A DNA stretch of 64,000 nucleotides from Antedon mediterranea (taxonomy: Eukaryota; Animalia; Echinodermata): the NCBI RefSeq assembly GCF_964355755.1, contig NC_092671.1, forward strand, positions 33,614,304 to 33,678,303. The letters run 5' to 3'. The translations under genes and the position numbers were made by a program. Below the pieces are notes generated by a model that was given only the letters and a program-made list of their open reading frames with translations, did no database searches and was not told the DNA's origin. The stretch's first letter is position 1; the number at the start of each line of letters is the position of its first letter. Below are positions 38,819-51,700 of the stretch, piece after piece.

Positions 38819-39960
38819 AACACCTGCAAGGATGTTTGTTTCCAAATGTACATTAAATACACGTTTGCACAGATTGTATACTTCACTACCATGGTAATTC
38901 TTTCCATTACATTATGTTTTGATACGATAACAAATTAATTCTATCTTTCTTCAGGATTTGGCATTCCACTGCAGAACGTACCCCTTCTCCGAAACTCCCC
39001 ATTTACTTCTCTCAATTAGATGTTTTTATATTTCAATCATTTCTACATCATTGTTTAGCATTTAGTATTACAATATTATTATTGTTCGCATATAATTCTA
39101 CTTTTATTTCATATTACATAGGGTATGCCGTATGATACATGTATATAAACAGAAACAGCTTATAGTTATAGGCCTAACTGTTTGTATTTTTGTGTTGCCA
39201 CCTTAGAAATTTATTATTTACCAACGTTTTCGTCTGTCTGCCTGTCTGTTTCTCTACTTAACCACTTGTGGTCGTTTTAAAACGTCTGTATCTTAACGAA
39301 GTTGGTTCTTAAAAATATCTTTTTTAGTGGATTTATCTTTAGTCAAAATTGCTAGTTATCGCTAACAATGTTAACCTTCTTACTCATTAAAAGCCACGGA
39401 AAAGCGGTGCAGAGTCTATATAGAAAACGGCCTAACCTATCTATTTTGAGATTTCAATACAAAATGACAGTTATCTTTAACATATAAAACTCTTGTTTAT
39501 GTAAACACATCAAAAGTATGTATTTTGCAATTATTTAAGTCGTTTCCATTGAAACACTACTAGAAATTTGTATTTTTGTTCACTAAAAATAGACATTTGT
39601 TACGGCGCTTTTTATAGACAAACAGCTAACCCAAATCACGTCATGTTTGTTACCTACCTATCTGTTCAAAAATAATATTTCAGCTCCAGTAATTGTTAAC
39701 AATCTTTTTCTCTTTTTTTAAATAAATGTAGCCAGTGAATTGGTTTGGTGTTAGGTTGCTAGCATTTCCACCAAGAGTTTGTGCATCTTTGGCTGTGATT
39801 GGCTATACAGATTACGCTCTTTGATTGGAAACATCAAGGCTTCCACTGTAGTTTGAACTTCTCAACATTATGTGAATATTTTGGAATTTAATCGTTATTT
39901 TCTTTATTTATTTAAAGAAAAAAAATACAATATAATATTATGTACGGCATAGTAGTGACA

Positions 39961-41796
39961 ATATGTGTACCGCCAAACCAAAACCAGGCGTTTGTCGGCA
40001 GCAAGGGATTTCTGTAAAATGCTTCTGAATGTGTAAAACCTATATCTTGACCATTTTTAGTTTTTTAAATAATCTTACAGAAAATTTACCGTAGATTCCA
40101 AAAATCTATGTATTTTAAAGAAATTATAAGTATAAATCAATGAAAATAACATTTTAATGAGACCCCCCTTTTTCGTCTTTGGTGAAAAAATCAAGTTCTA
40201 TTCTGTAATTTGTGTCTATTTCTAACCAACTTTTACCTCTTTGATTATGAGAAGACCCCTTAATGTGTGGTATTTTTAGAAAGCTCGTGAAAAAATCTTT
40301 CCAAAGATAAAGGTTGTAGGTCATGTAAAATAATAGTATAGCCAATCAAACACATTCTTTAATAACCTTTTGGGTATAAGCAAACCAGTCTTGTTGCTAC
40401 GGAATCCTGAAACAGGCAATTTGATTGGCTAACAGAGTGGCTCAAGTCATTGAAGCGTTAAATTTGCCTTTAACAGCTATTCAAAGTACACTGAGGAAGC
40501 GGTAAGGTTTTAACAAAACATTCTTACTGTAAAAAACATTCAATATTAATTTATACTTGCTATTTATGCATCCTAGATAATAATAAAACAACATAGAATA
40601 GTTTAATGATTTATATAATATGAAAAGTAGAAATATTGGCTTCGCTAGCGAATCATAAACAACAAGAGGTTAGAAAGTACGAAATGACTTTCTAGCGCGA
40701 CACACTCAGTTTGGTGAACACTGAAACACTTTTGATCAAAATATTAGGCCTAGCCTAGGCATAAGATAAGAGATGAACTGTATGCCAGCTTAGTACTTCA
40801 AGTTAGCCTAGTAAAACCACCTAGCATACCTTGGTCTAGGCCTAGCCCAAAAAAAAAAAGATTTTTAAATGTGTTTAAAAAAGTTTAATTTAATTTTTCA
40901 TTCTGTTTTCAGATCTTGATTGGTAATACTGTAATGTATACCAATAGTTTTGACAGTGGTGGTGATGCTGTTGCTACTTTCTCTTCTCAAACAACTCCAA
41001 TAATGGTGATACGGTGCTTAATATAACTTTACAAAAATGACTTTGATTCTGATGATACATGACACATGTATTCTATTATGCAACGTAACCCTGAATAAAA
41101 CCGTGAAATAATTGTATCGAAAAATATGTATGTATTTAAAAGACCCGGCACAAAAGATGATAATACTGTTGTAACACGCAGCCTGAAATGACCAAAATGT
41201 TATAATTTAAAGTGTACCAATTGTAAATAAATTTAAACACATCAAACACAATCAACTGTCTGTGTATCATTAATTTTGGTTCATTTCTATGTGTTGTATT
41301 TTTATTGTCACTTTATTAATAGTACTTATTTATAGTTATTACAAGCCTCACACATAACATAAGTTTAGTAAAAAAAAGTTTACTAACGTATGTTGTTATT
41401 TGAAGTCTCATTTGACAATGTTAATGTTACTGGATTTCTTTGAAAATTTCAATGATTATAGAAAAATGTATTAGTTACATTTGTGCTAAATTTCAAAGTC
41501 ATAGGTATACTAGAAGTTAGCGTTGTCAAGGTGAACATGAGTCGCTGTCTGCCAGCACATTTAAACTTCCTGTTTGAACTATTGTTGATCTTTGAATGCA
41601 TTTTTCACTGCTAAATAAAAATGAATTCTTACTTGTATTTCTTTACTTATTGTATCATAACTCTAAAAATACTTGACCAAATTGAATAATTTTTTCAGTA
41701 TTTTGAAGCAAATTATGTGCTCTGTACAAATATCTTTAAAACTCAAAATGTCACATTTACGACAAATGCCTGGTTTTGATTTGGCTGTACACATAT
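39961..41796. mobile_element. Non-autonomous DNA transposon with ~37-bp TIRs
   Basis: ATATGTGTACCGCCAAACCAAAACCAGGCGTTTGTCG versus CGACAAATGCCTGGTTTTGATTTGGCTGTACACATAT. No transposase ORF was seen. Confidence 0.75.
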
Positions 41797-42721
41797 TTTA
41801 AAATTATTGATGAGTAAATGGCGAGTTTGTCAGCAGACACGTTGATCTGGCAGGCTACGCTAGGCCCAGCTAATCGGCGTCGCTCTTTCATTGTTAATTT
41901 TTCTCAAAATAAAAAAAAAATCCACATTTATTTCTTAAGTTATTTTCTTATTTTTAGTGTCACATTATTAAAAAATGCAAATCATGTTATACATTAATCA
42001 AATTCAATTTTTAGTATGGACGGCGTTCTCTACCACAGATTGATTTTCGGAGTCGCAACGTGCTATTACGTTACTGGCCTTTGAAATGAACAACCGAACA
42101 ATAAACAGTTCATAATTTATGCCATATGATCTTTTACCAGGTGTTTTAAAACGAAGACTTATAAAACGGCAACATTGCTACATTCACACCATTTTAGGGA
42201 ACGTTAAACAATGGAAAATCATAACAACAATTGAACGTCTTCCATTCCCTAAAACGGAACAAGTGTGAATGTAGCTTTATAACCATGTATATGCCTATAA
42301 AATGTTCTTTGATGCAATAATGATCAGTATAAGAAAATCTTAACCAATGATGAAGGAATTGCGAGTACAGTATATGAAAATAAAGACAGATACATTGTAG
42401 CTACAGAAGCATTTTAATTGCCAAATAAAATAACACTCTTAATAAACAACACATGGACGATCAAATAGTTACACCGCTGTAAAACCGCTATATACCGAAA
42501 CCAAAATACATAGGCCTAAACCATTGATTTTTTTTTAGGATTTTAAATGACCAAATTTGAATAGGAATTTAAAAGAACTACTGTACTCTGCTACAACCAG
42601 AGGAGACCAACATTAATGTGGTTCAGCCAGGGGTGTGTATAACTACACAGAACAAGTACTGAGAGACAATTTGTAACAGAGATTTGGTTAAACAGCGGAT
42701 GATTCAGTGTAAGTCAACTCC

Positions 42722-45700
42722 TTAGTAACCATCTAAAAATACAAGTGAAACATTACTAATTTATTAGATTAAAATGTACATACAATAATGATATAATAGT
42801 TAAAATTATTCACACTGTACAGTTTATGGAAATTGTGAAAATTGTATTATTGATGACAACTTGTATGCATTCTTGTATATTCTCTTCATGTTAAGATATA
42901 GTAGACACAAAAAAGATATAACCTCTTTCGATTTGCTATGACTGACGACCAACCTACGTCATGTTTATTTATTGTGATACTGGGACGTGTTTCTTCGCTT
43001 CTGACTTCGACACTTAAAATTAAGTTGATAAACCGTGCCGTGATTGGTCAATAATTTACTCGTGGTGACCTAGCGTTTCGTCCAAGTGGGAATGAAGCTT
43101 TAGTAATTTAATGATTGAGTGACGAATAATTGTGTATGTAAAAGTATTCGATATTAATTATATTTTCTTTTATCTGTAACACCAAAATATTTACTTCGAT
43201 GCCAACTTTTAAGTTGTTTTGACTATATTATTATTAATATATTGTGTTTTTTTAATATTATTCAAAGACTTACCGCTTTCCAAGTTTGTCTTTATTGGGG
43301 GACCACGAGGGCCTGATACAAGGAGTAGAAAAGAGAAAAGTTAAACACATTTTTACCAGCACAAAAATGATTGGTTATGTTAAGTTTATACTTATGTGTA
43401 ATAAATACTATCAACATAACTATTGGTTATAATCACCTTCTTCCCTACGGATTCTGTCATGATCTGAAATAAAAACAATTAGTGTATCAATAATGTATAC
43501 AGTAATGTGTGACATTTACAAAGATCAGATCTCGGTCCTCTAATCCGCCTAACCACCAATCATTCCAAAACATTTTTAAACTTTCGATTCAATTAATCAA
43601 TTCCAATTGACCCAGAAATATAATGAGGTAATATAAATCAGTAAATGCTGGTTACCGATTTCTTACTTTAGTTTAACATGGTTTAAAAACACAATTCTGC
43701 ATCTGTCAGTAAACTGACTCGTAGCTATATGACTTGCGATAGTCATTTGCACTCTTTCTACTTACAGCTGCACAATAGGACTGATTTATTATTTGTTTTA
43801 TTAACATCATACCAGAGTGACTCCTAAAGTGATATTGAAAGTTTTATTCTCTTGAATATGCCATTTTAATTTCACATACTGTAATTAATTTGTTCTCTTT
43901 CTTGACCAAAAATTGAAATAAAAAATATATTTACCTAAAACAACTGTAATTTAAAGCAAACCAAAGTCTGGAAGTCATTGATTTTTTGGTTGAATTTAAT
44001 GGTTTATTTTGTTGTTTATTTTGTATGTAAGTGGCGAAATTATTAAAACTGCGAAATGGTCTATATATAAAGTCATCTTTTTATTAATCTTAATGCTTCA
44101 TGTTTTTTGGGGAAAGGCCTAATATAGCTAACATTAGAACATGAAAATTTTCGTCGTTGTGACAAACATAACTCTGTCTTCAGCAAGTCCTATTTTATTT
44201 AGAAACATTCTGGTCGGTAAATATTTTAAATTGTCCAGTTCGTACATTACAAATACAATGTATTTAGGTATACATTTATATAAAAGTACTGAAGCGTGTT
44301 ATATAACAAGATGTGCTTAACATAGCAAATGTTGCGAACAAATAATTATTGTAAAAATATAGCCATTTCATCATTTTAAAATACTAATATGGATCGAGCA
44401 ATACCAAAATGAATTTAGGAAAATCACTTTTTCATTTTATGTTTCATTGTTTATACTCTTTCTTTCACCTACCTATAATTTCGAATTTTCATTGAAGCAT
44501 CTCTGTAAGGATAAAGGGAAAATCATTAATGTAATTGGAACATTTACGGTACGGATGCGTAGAACAAGTCCAACAAGAGAAGATTCGTAACTCTAATATA
44601 ATTTCCATATGGTAAAAACGACATTTAAATTAATTGTAAGTACACCGGTGCTGGTGCTGTACGCCTTCAATGCTGTACGAGTTTTGATTAACCAATCCAT
44701 CACGTCGTACTTGGTCAAGCATACGATCAGCTCCCGCTTGGACGCACAAAAGTATTCAAGTTGCTTGTGATTGGTAAACTTACTTAATAGGGTGATTTTA
44801 CCACATGGAAAGAATGCTCAACTGCTTAAAAAAGATTCTTTATGCCTACGTACCATCATCCCGACGGATCCTGCGAGTGAGAGCTATCTAGAGGTTTTTT
44901 TTTTAGTTACATATAGGCATATTACCATTCTTAATCTTTAATCGATCACTTGTTGTTATATTTCATTCCAAGCTGTCCTTGTCTTTCTGTCATGATGCCA
45001 AATAATGGTCTATACTTTATTTATTTATTTTTTTTTATTTTATTAATTTCGGCAAACACATAATTTTCATTTCATTTATTTATTTCACTTTACAAATATG
45101 TAAATATAAAGTGGAGGAGCCTAAAAGAAAGCAAAGCTTGTGGTGAATAGGCTCCTCAAAAAAAAAAAATAAATAAAATATAAATAAAATAACACAATCA
45201 GTAGAAACTCTAAAAAAAAACAACAATTTAACTAATATCTTTTCTCTAACACATAAGTTTAACATGTTTAAAACTAAAAAAACAAGTAAAAAAAAGATTA
45301 TATAAATTATTTAAGAAATATCCAAATATATCAATAATAAAAGAATCAATAATAAAAGAATTTACAAAGAACCTTCAACCAATAATAGTTTAAATTGACG
45401 TTTAAATAAAGCACAGTTATGAGATTTTTAAAGAAATACAGGAAGAGAATTCCAGAGTTTAGGTCCAGTGTATACAAGGGTATTCATTTTAAGACTAGTA
45501 AATGGCAGGTGATACTGATCTTTTTGTCTTGTTTGGTGAGTGTGGTATTGTTTATTTTGAGTGAATTTACTGGATATTATAGGGGTAAGTGTCCGGCAGT
45601 TAATTGAAATCTATAGAGATCCTCAATTTTTAATATTTTATTTTTTTGAAAGAGATCTTGGGTGTGAGCACGAAAAGTTACCCTGGAGATAATTCTGACA

Positions 45701-48700
45701 GCTCGTTTCTGGATTAATACAATTTTAGTAATAGTTGATTTTGAAGCATTTTCCCAAGCAAGAACACCATAATTTAAGTACGATAAAATAAGAGTAGAAT
45801 ATAAAATATTTAATACTTTTTGAGGAAATATTGATTTCAATTTATGCATCATGCCAACATGTTTTGATAATAATTTGCAAAGGTAATTAACATGGGCTTT
45901 CCAGTCAAGTCTGTCATCATTAAATATACCACGAAATGTTGAGTTGGTTATTTGATTAATAGGAACATTGTTGAAAATAATATCTATAACATACTATATT
46001 TGTTACTAAACAACATAAAATAGGTTTTTAGCATATTTAGTAAAGCTTGTTTGCATGGTATCCAAGTAGTAACTTTTTTTAGTTCTTGATTAACGATGTC
46101 ACAAAGACTATCTGGATCATCGTGTGAATAAAACAGACTTGAATCATCCGCAAACAGTATTTACGACATGACATTAGATATATTATTGCAATCATTTGCA
46201 TAATTATGAAGAGAAGTGGGCCCAGAATCGAACCGTAGGGACACCACATGTAACAGGTCTGCAGCTTGATTCAAAATTATTTAATGATACAAATTGTTGC
46301 CTATCAGAAAGGTAATTTCTAAACCATTTTTGAGTCACACCTCTAATTCCATAGTTTGATAATTTATGCAGTAAGATTTATGATTAACTGTATCGAAAGC
46401 TTTAGAGTAATCAAGGAAAATACCAATTATGCATATGGTTATCTAAGGCTGATGTAATCATGTCAACGAAGTGTAAAATGGCTTGTGACGTAGTGTGCTT
46501 TTCTATAAATCCAAATTGAATGTTTGAAAAAAAATTACACTGGTTTAAAAAATGTAAAGTCCGCATATATACAAGCATTTCTAAAATTTTTGAAAATGAT
46601 GTCAATAGTGAAATTGGTCGGTAATTTGATGCTTCTTGAGGACTTCCTTTCTTTAATAAAGGAATTACTTTCGCAATTGTCATTCTTTTAGGGACACACC
46701 CGTTACATATTGAGAGATTATATATATGAGTTAAAGGCGTTGGGAATAATGCATTTAATTAAATCATTGCTTATTCCATCTAATCCAGGACTTTTTTTTC
46801 TTAAGGGTATTTACACTATCAATAACGTCCATTTCAGTTATTGGAACGAAAAAAATACTGTTTTTATTCGAATCATTCTTATAACTATGAAAAGCTTTGT
46901 TTGTAGTTGGAATCGATTGTGCTAAGGAAGTGCCAATATTTGAGAAATATTCATTGAGGTGTTCAACTATGATCTGTTTGTCATCGATAGTTTGACCATT
47001 TTTTATTTTCCGATCTTTTTACGACTTTGGTCGGGATTAAATACAGGATTTATCACTTTCCACGTTCCTCTTATATCATTGTATACGGATTGGAATCGAC
47101 CGAAAAAAATAGTCTTTTTTAGCAGAACGTATTAAGTATGTAAGAATATTTTTATATTTGTTATATTTCGTCTTACATTCGAGTGTTTTAGAAAATTTAA
47201 ATTTATAAAAAAGTTTGTTCTTCTTATTTATTGATTTTAATATAGACCTTGATATCCATGACATACGAGGGATTTTTTTACGACTTCTGACGCGATTTGC
47301 CCTTCTTTGACTAAAACATTAATTTTGAAGAAATTTAAGTCTTTCCATAAATACATCAAAAGACTTGTTAACGTCATTTTCATCTAGAAATAATTGCACA
47401 TCAGAGTTTGCCAAACGTTCTTTAAAGTGAGCCAACGATTGGGGATTCAAAGAGTAAATTGTCTTATTACAATGACAGTTACAATGTTGATTAACCGTTA
47501 GCGAGGTTTTTGCAAATAACGGATACAATAATTCCCGAGACCGGGAAAGGGTGGATATTGCTAAATATATTGTAACAGTTACACGTGTGGGTTTGGTAAT
47601 AAGTGGAATAAGTGAAAATGAAATTAATGTATCTAGAAATTCACTAATGCGTGCATTTTCATCGTGATGTAGTAAATTTAAATTAAAATCACCCATAATA
47701 ATCACATTTTTATTTGTTAATGCTTGATGTGAGAGAATGTTTTCAATGTCAGTGTTAAATAATGATATGTTACTTTGTGGTGGTCTGTACACGACTCCAA
47801 CGACAATATTTTTTTTATTAGGACATCTGATTTCTCCAAATATAGATTCCAATATGTCATTCATAAATTGTAATTCAGATAATTCTTGGCAATCGAATGT
47901 ACAAGGCAAGTATATTGCTACACCACCTCCACGTTGATCGCCATGTCTAGGGTTTGTTAACAAATTATAGCCGGGGAGTGAGTAAAGGTTATATAAAAAA
48001 TCAGATAGCCAAGTCTCTGTGAGACCAACAATTGTAGGAGCAGAATCAATATGTAATAAAAAAGAATTATAAAGGTGGTCAAAATTTGTATTCATGCTAC
48101 GGATATTAAAGTGTAGTAATGAAATTTGGTTTTTATCCGATGCAAAATATTCATGAAATTTGTGTTCAGTGAGGTATTCACAATTGCAATTGCAATTCAT
48201 TATTGCAATGTCTTATTCATACTCACCTTCATCCCGACGAATTCTGCTACCATGCTCTGAAATGTAATAAAATAAGAACACACACGATCATGCTTCACTG
48301 TCATTTTTTAAATATTCTGTTATTATGCTAAATAATGGCGTATAATTATTTTGTTCCTTTAATATGTCATCCACTTTTACATAGTTACTGAAGTGAGGTT
48401 TACTGAAATTCAGTACATTATGGAAGTTAAAGGCAGCCATGTTGTGCAACATGACGATGATTCTGGGGGAGGAGATTATGTGAGATTGGTTTTTAGTTAC
48501 CTAAAGCTAATGTCAGAAGGCTAGGCTTATGGCCAGGTACTGTATAATAAATCGTATATATACTGAAAATGGAGAAGGAGGAAGTTAATTATTGCATTTA
48601 ATTATTATTATAACGCATTGCAAAATGACTCACTTTTATACTTTAATCAATCTAACTTACCGTTAGCGTTATTTACAACAGGAATATGGACACATTACTT

Positions 48701-51700
48701 ATAGATTATTAGTTCCAAGTCATTAAAAAACATAATATGGATCGAACAAATACTGAAATGTATTCACTTTTTCAGTTTGTATTTTTCTTTGTTCAACCTA
48801 CCAATTCGGTTAACTCCCTTTTGACCTCCTCTTCCTTGGAATATCTCTGTAAAGAATTGAAAAAGACGTTGCCTAAATTGAAACATTTGACAATATACAT
48901 TGACTTTATTGTGTTTTCCTATGTATTTGTCACATTTCTACATAGCTATGTCGATAATTATTTATATTATTTAGGAGTAGGTTTGCAAATTTATTACATT
49001 TTAACGCTGTTCTTTTTGACTGTTTTATTGCAATGTTTTATTCCTACTCACCCCTATCTCGACGAATTCTGCTACCATGTTCTTCTGAAATGCAATAAAA
49101 CAAGAATACACACGATCATGTATACTTCACTGTCATTTTTTAAACATTCTGTTATGGTGCCAAATAATGGCCTATAATTAGTTTGTTCCTTTATTATGTT
49201 ATCCACTTTTAAATAGTTACTGAAGTGAGGTTTTCTATTTTCTTTTATAATAATTATGCTATAATTAAATTGTTTGGTCTTTATGTAGTCTGTTGCTGAT
49301 GAAAAAATAACGTTGCATCAAGATGATCGTCATCACTGGTATGACCTGAAATGCAGTACATTATAGAAGTTAAAGGCAGCCATGTTGTGCAACATGGCGA
49401 TTGTTCTGGAAAAGGAGGTTATGTGAGATAGGTTTTTAGGGTTAGGGGTTTAGTTATTAAAGCTAAGGCCGTGAAGATAAGCTTATGGCCAATATATACT
49501 GTATAGTATAAGGTTTTGTACAGATTATTAAGGAGGAGGAAGTTAGTTGGTGCATTTAATTATTAATATAACGCATTGCAACATAACGCTAACTTTTATA
49601 CGTTATTTAATAATAACACATTATTTATAGATTATTAGTTCCAAGTCAATTTAAAATATGGATCGAGCAAATACTGAAATGAATTCACTTTTTTCAGTGT
49701 GTATTGCTCTTTCTCCCACCTACCAATTCCGCTACCTATTCGACCACCTCTTCCTCCAACGGGGAATATCTTTGTAAAGGTAAATTGAAAAACCGTTACT
49801 TAATTTGAAACATTTGACAATATACATAATCTTCATTCTGTATTTGTCATATTTCTACATAGCTATGTTGATAATTGTGTATACTATTTAGGAGTAGGTT
49901 TGCAAATTTATTACATTTTAACACTGTTCTTTTTTTACTGTTATTTTGCAATGTTTCATTCCTACTCACCTTCATCCCGACGAATTTTGCTACCATGCTC
50001 TGAAATGCAATAAAGAATAATAAATGGTCATATATAGTTCACCGTATTGCCCTGGCCCTGGTCTAGTAGGTTCTGTATAATAGAAGGTATATGATAATAA
50101 CTTAATTAGCGTTATTTAAAAAAAAAACAGAATATAAATTGCATTATAGATATATTTTTGAGACATGTGAGCCCGATAAACAAATACAAGGAAACAAGTA
50201 TTGGTTGTAAAGTTATTTAATATGAATGGCAAGTCATCGTTGCAGCATGCACATAAAAGGAAAACACAAAAAAGGAACATTGAGAGTCTCTGAAAGGGCC
50301 AAATTACATGTCTCAAAATCGTAATTGAAAACAAAATAGAGAGGGAGTGGAGGGAGGGAAGTGAAAATTATTTTACTTAGACAAAAACTGGCGTGGTAAT
50401 CTTTTGACAGCGTGAGGTGAAGAGGATGAGATGCTTACGCTGTCAAAAGATGATTGCGAGGGCGCCCCGCAATCACGTGATTTTGACACATGTGAGCCCG
50501 ATAAACAAATACAAGGAAACAAGTATTGGTTGTAAAGTTATTTAATATGAATGGCAAGTCATCGTTGCAGCATGCACATAAAAGGAAAACATAACAAAGG
50601 AGCATTGGGATGCTCTGAAAGGGCCAACACAGTTGGCAACGAAGGGGCCAACGAAGCAGCCCAAATTAAGTGCAGGTAGAACCGATGACAAGCCATTCCG
50701 ATGTTGGTGCAACATATGTTGACACCCAGAACGTATAGAAACTATATACATAGTCTACCTGGAGCAACATGTGTTGACTCCCGTACCCGGTTGACCATTA
50801 GAATCTGATAGGTGGAGCAACCAAATATTGACATCGAAAAACGTATAGAAACACCTACATTAGTCTACCTGGAGCAACATGTGTTGACTCCAGTACACAT
50901 TTAAACATTTTAATTAGGTAGGCAGTGTAACCAAATGTTGACACCGAAAAATGTAAAGAAACAATCTCCATTAGCCTGCCTTAGTACGCGTTTGAGAATT
51001 GAGTTTAATAAACGGTGCAACCATGTTGACACCGAAAACATATAAATAACTTATTAGTCTACCTGGAGCAACGTGTTGACTCCGATTGAACATATGATTA
51101 TAATTGGCGGTGCAACCTATGCTGTCACCGAAAGAAAACAAAAATGAAAAAAGTAAAACGATATACAGAAAAAATAAGTATCAAACTTTGTTTAAGCTTG
51201 ACGCTTAATGCCCAGTCATGCTTAGGAAATATGCCAACCAGCCAGCACCCATGTTTACAATGCTGTATTTGACAAAGTTATGTAGTTCGACCATCGTCCA
51301 AAAGTCATAATGTCTTGGTGAGAGTGTCCAAGTGATTTGATGAAGGTGTTAAACTGTGTATGTTTCAGACTAGCATGGCGAGCTAATTGTTTAAGCGACG
51401 AGGAAATCATTTTCCTATTTACTGGTGTTCCATTTTCAAGCAGGAAGAACGGGCCTGCCTTCGGTGGTCGCATCCTGACCTTGACGACACTGGACATATA
51501 TTGGGCTTCCGGATTTTTTGGTGCAAGACGAAAGGAGGTGAGGAACGCTTAGAGTGTTTGAAAGAGTTGAAGTTTATTTGCACTTTAGTGGCATGTACTG
51601 TGATATCAGTTAGCATTAGTGTGTGTTCTGCGGCCTTGGAGACTACTGCTTCACTGGCTCTGAGGCATGCGAAGTAACATATTATGAACAAGGCTCTGTA

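Larger units (their letters stand above)
37260..38907 (-). pseudogene. Divergent, damaged family member C with compound microsatellite expansions
   Basis: Terminal exon 37260-37282 (tttttag ATGGTTAC..., DGYYLSS*) is homologous to the terminal exon of gene D (DGY*). Penultimate exon end 37734-37760 (VYT*INVES|gtgagt) resembles TNLES of gene D. Exon 38351-38408 encodes ANFGQCQFDGFAGGVGNGD|gtaagt. Tentative first exon 38824-38907 (MERITMVVKYTICANVYLMYIWKQTSLQ). In-frame TGA at 37750-37752. No RIRR exon was found in this copy. Confidence 0.5.

Noticed and set aside
37704-38938. Poly-Leu ORFs on the plus strand
   Set aside because: They are translations of (CTG/TTG)n microsatellites with no splice or homology support.
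49290-49345. Possible extra gene D exon starting GHTSDDDHLD after a tttcag acceptor
   Set aside because: No in-phase GT donor was found, and the segment is missing from the sister duplicated unit.
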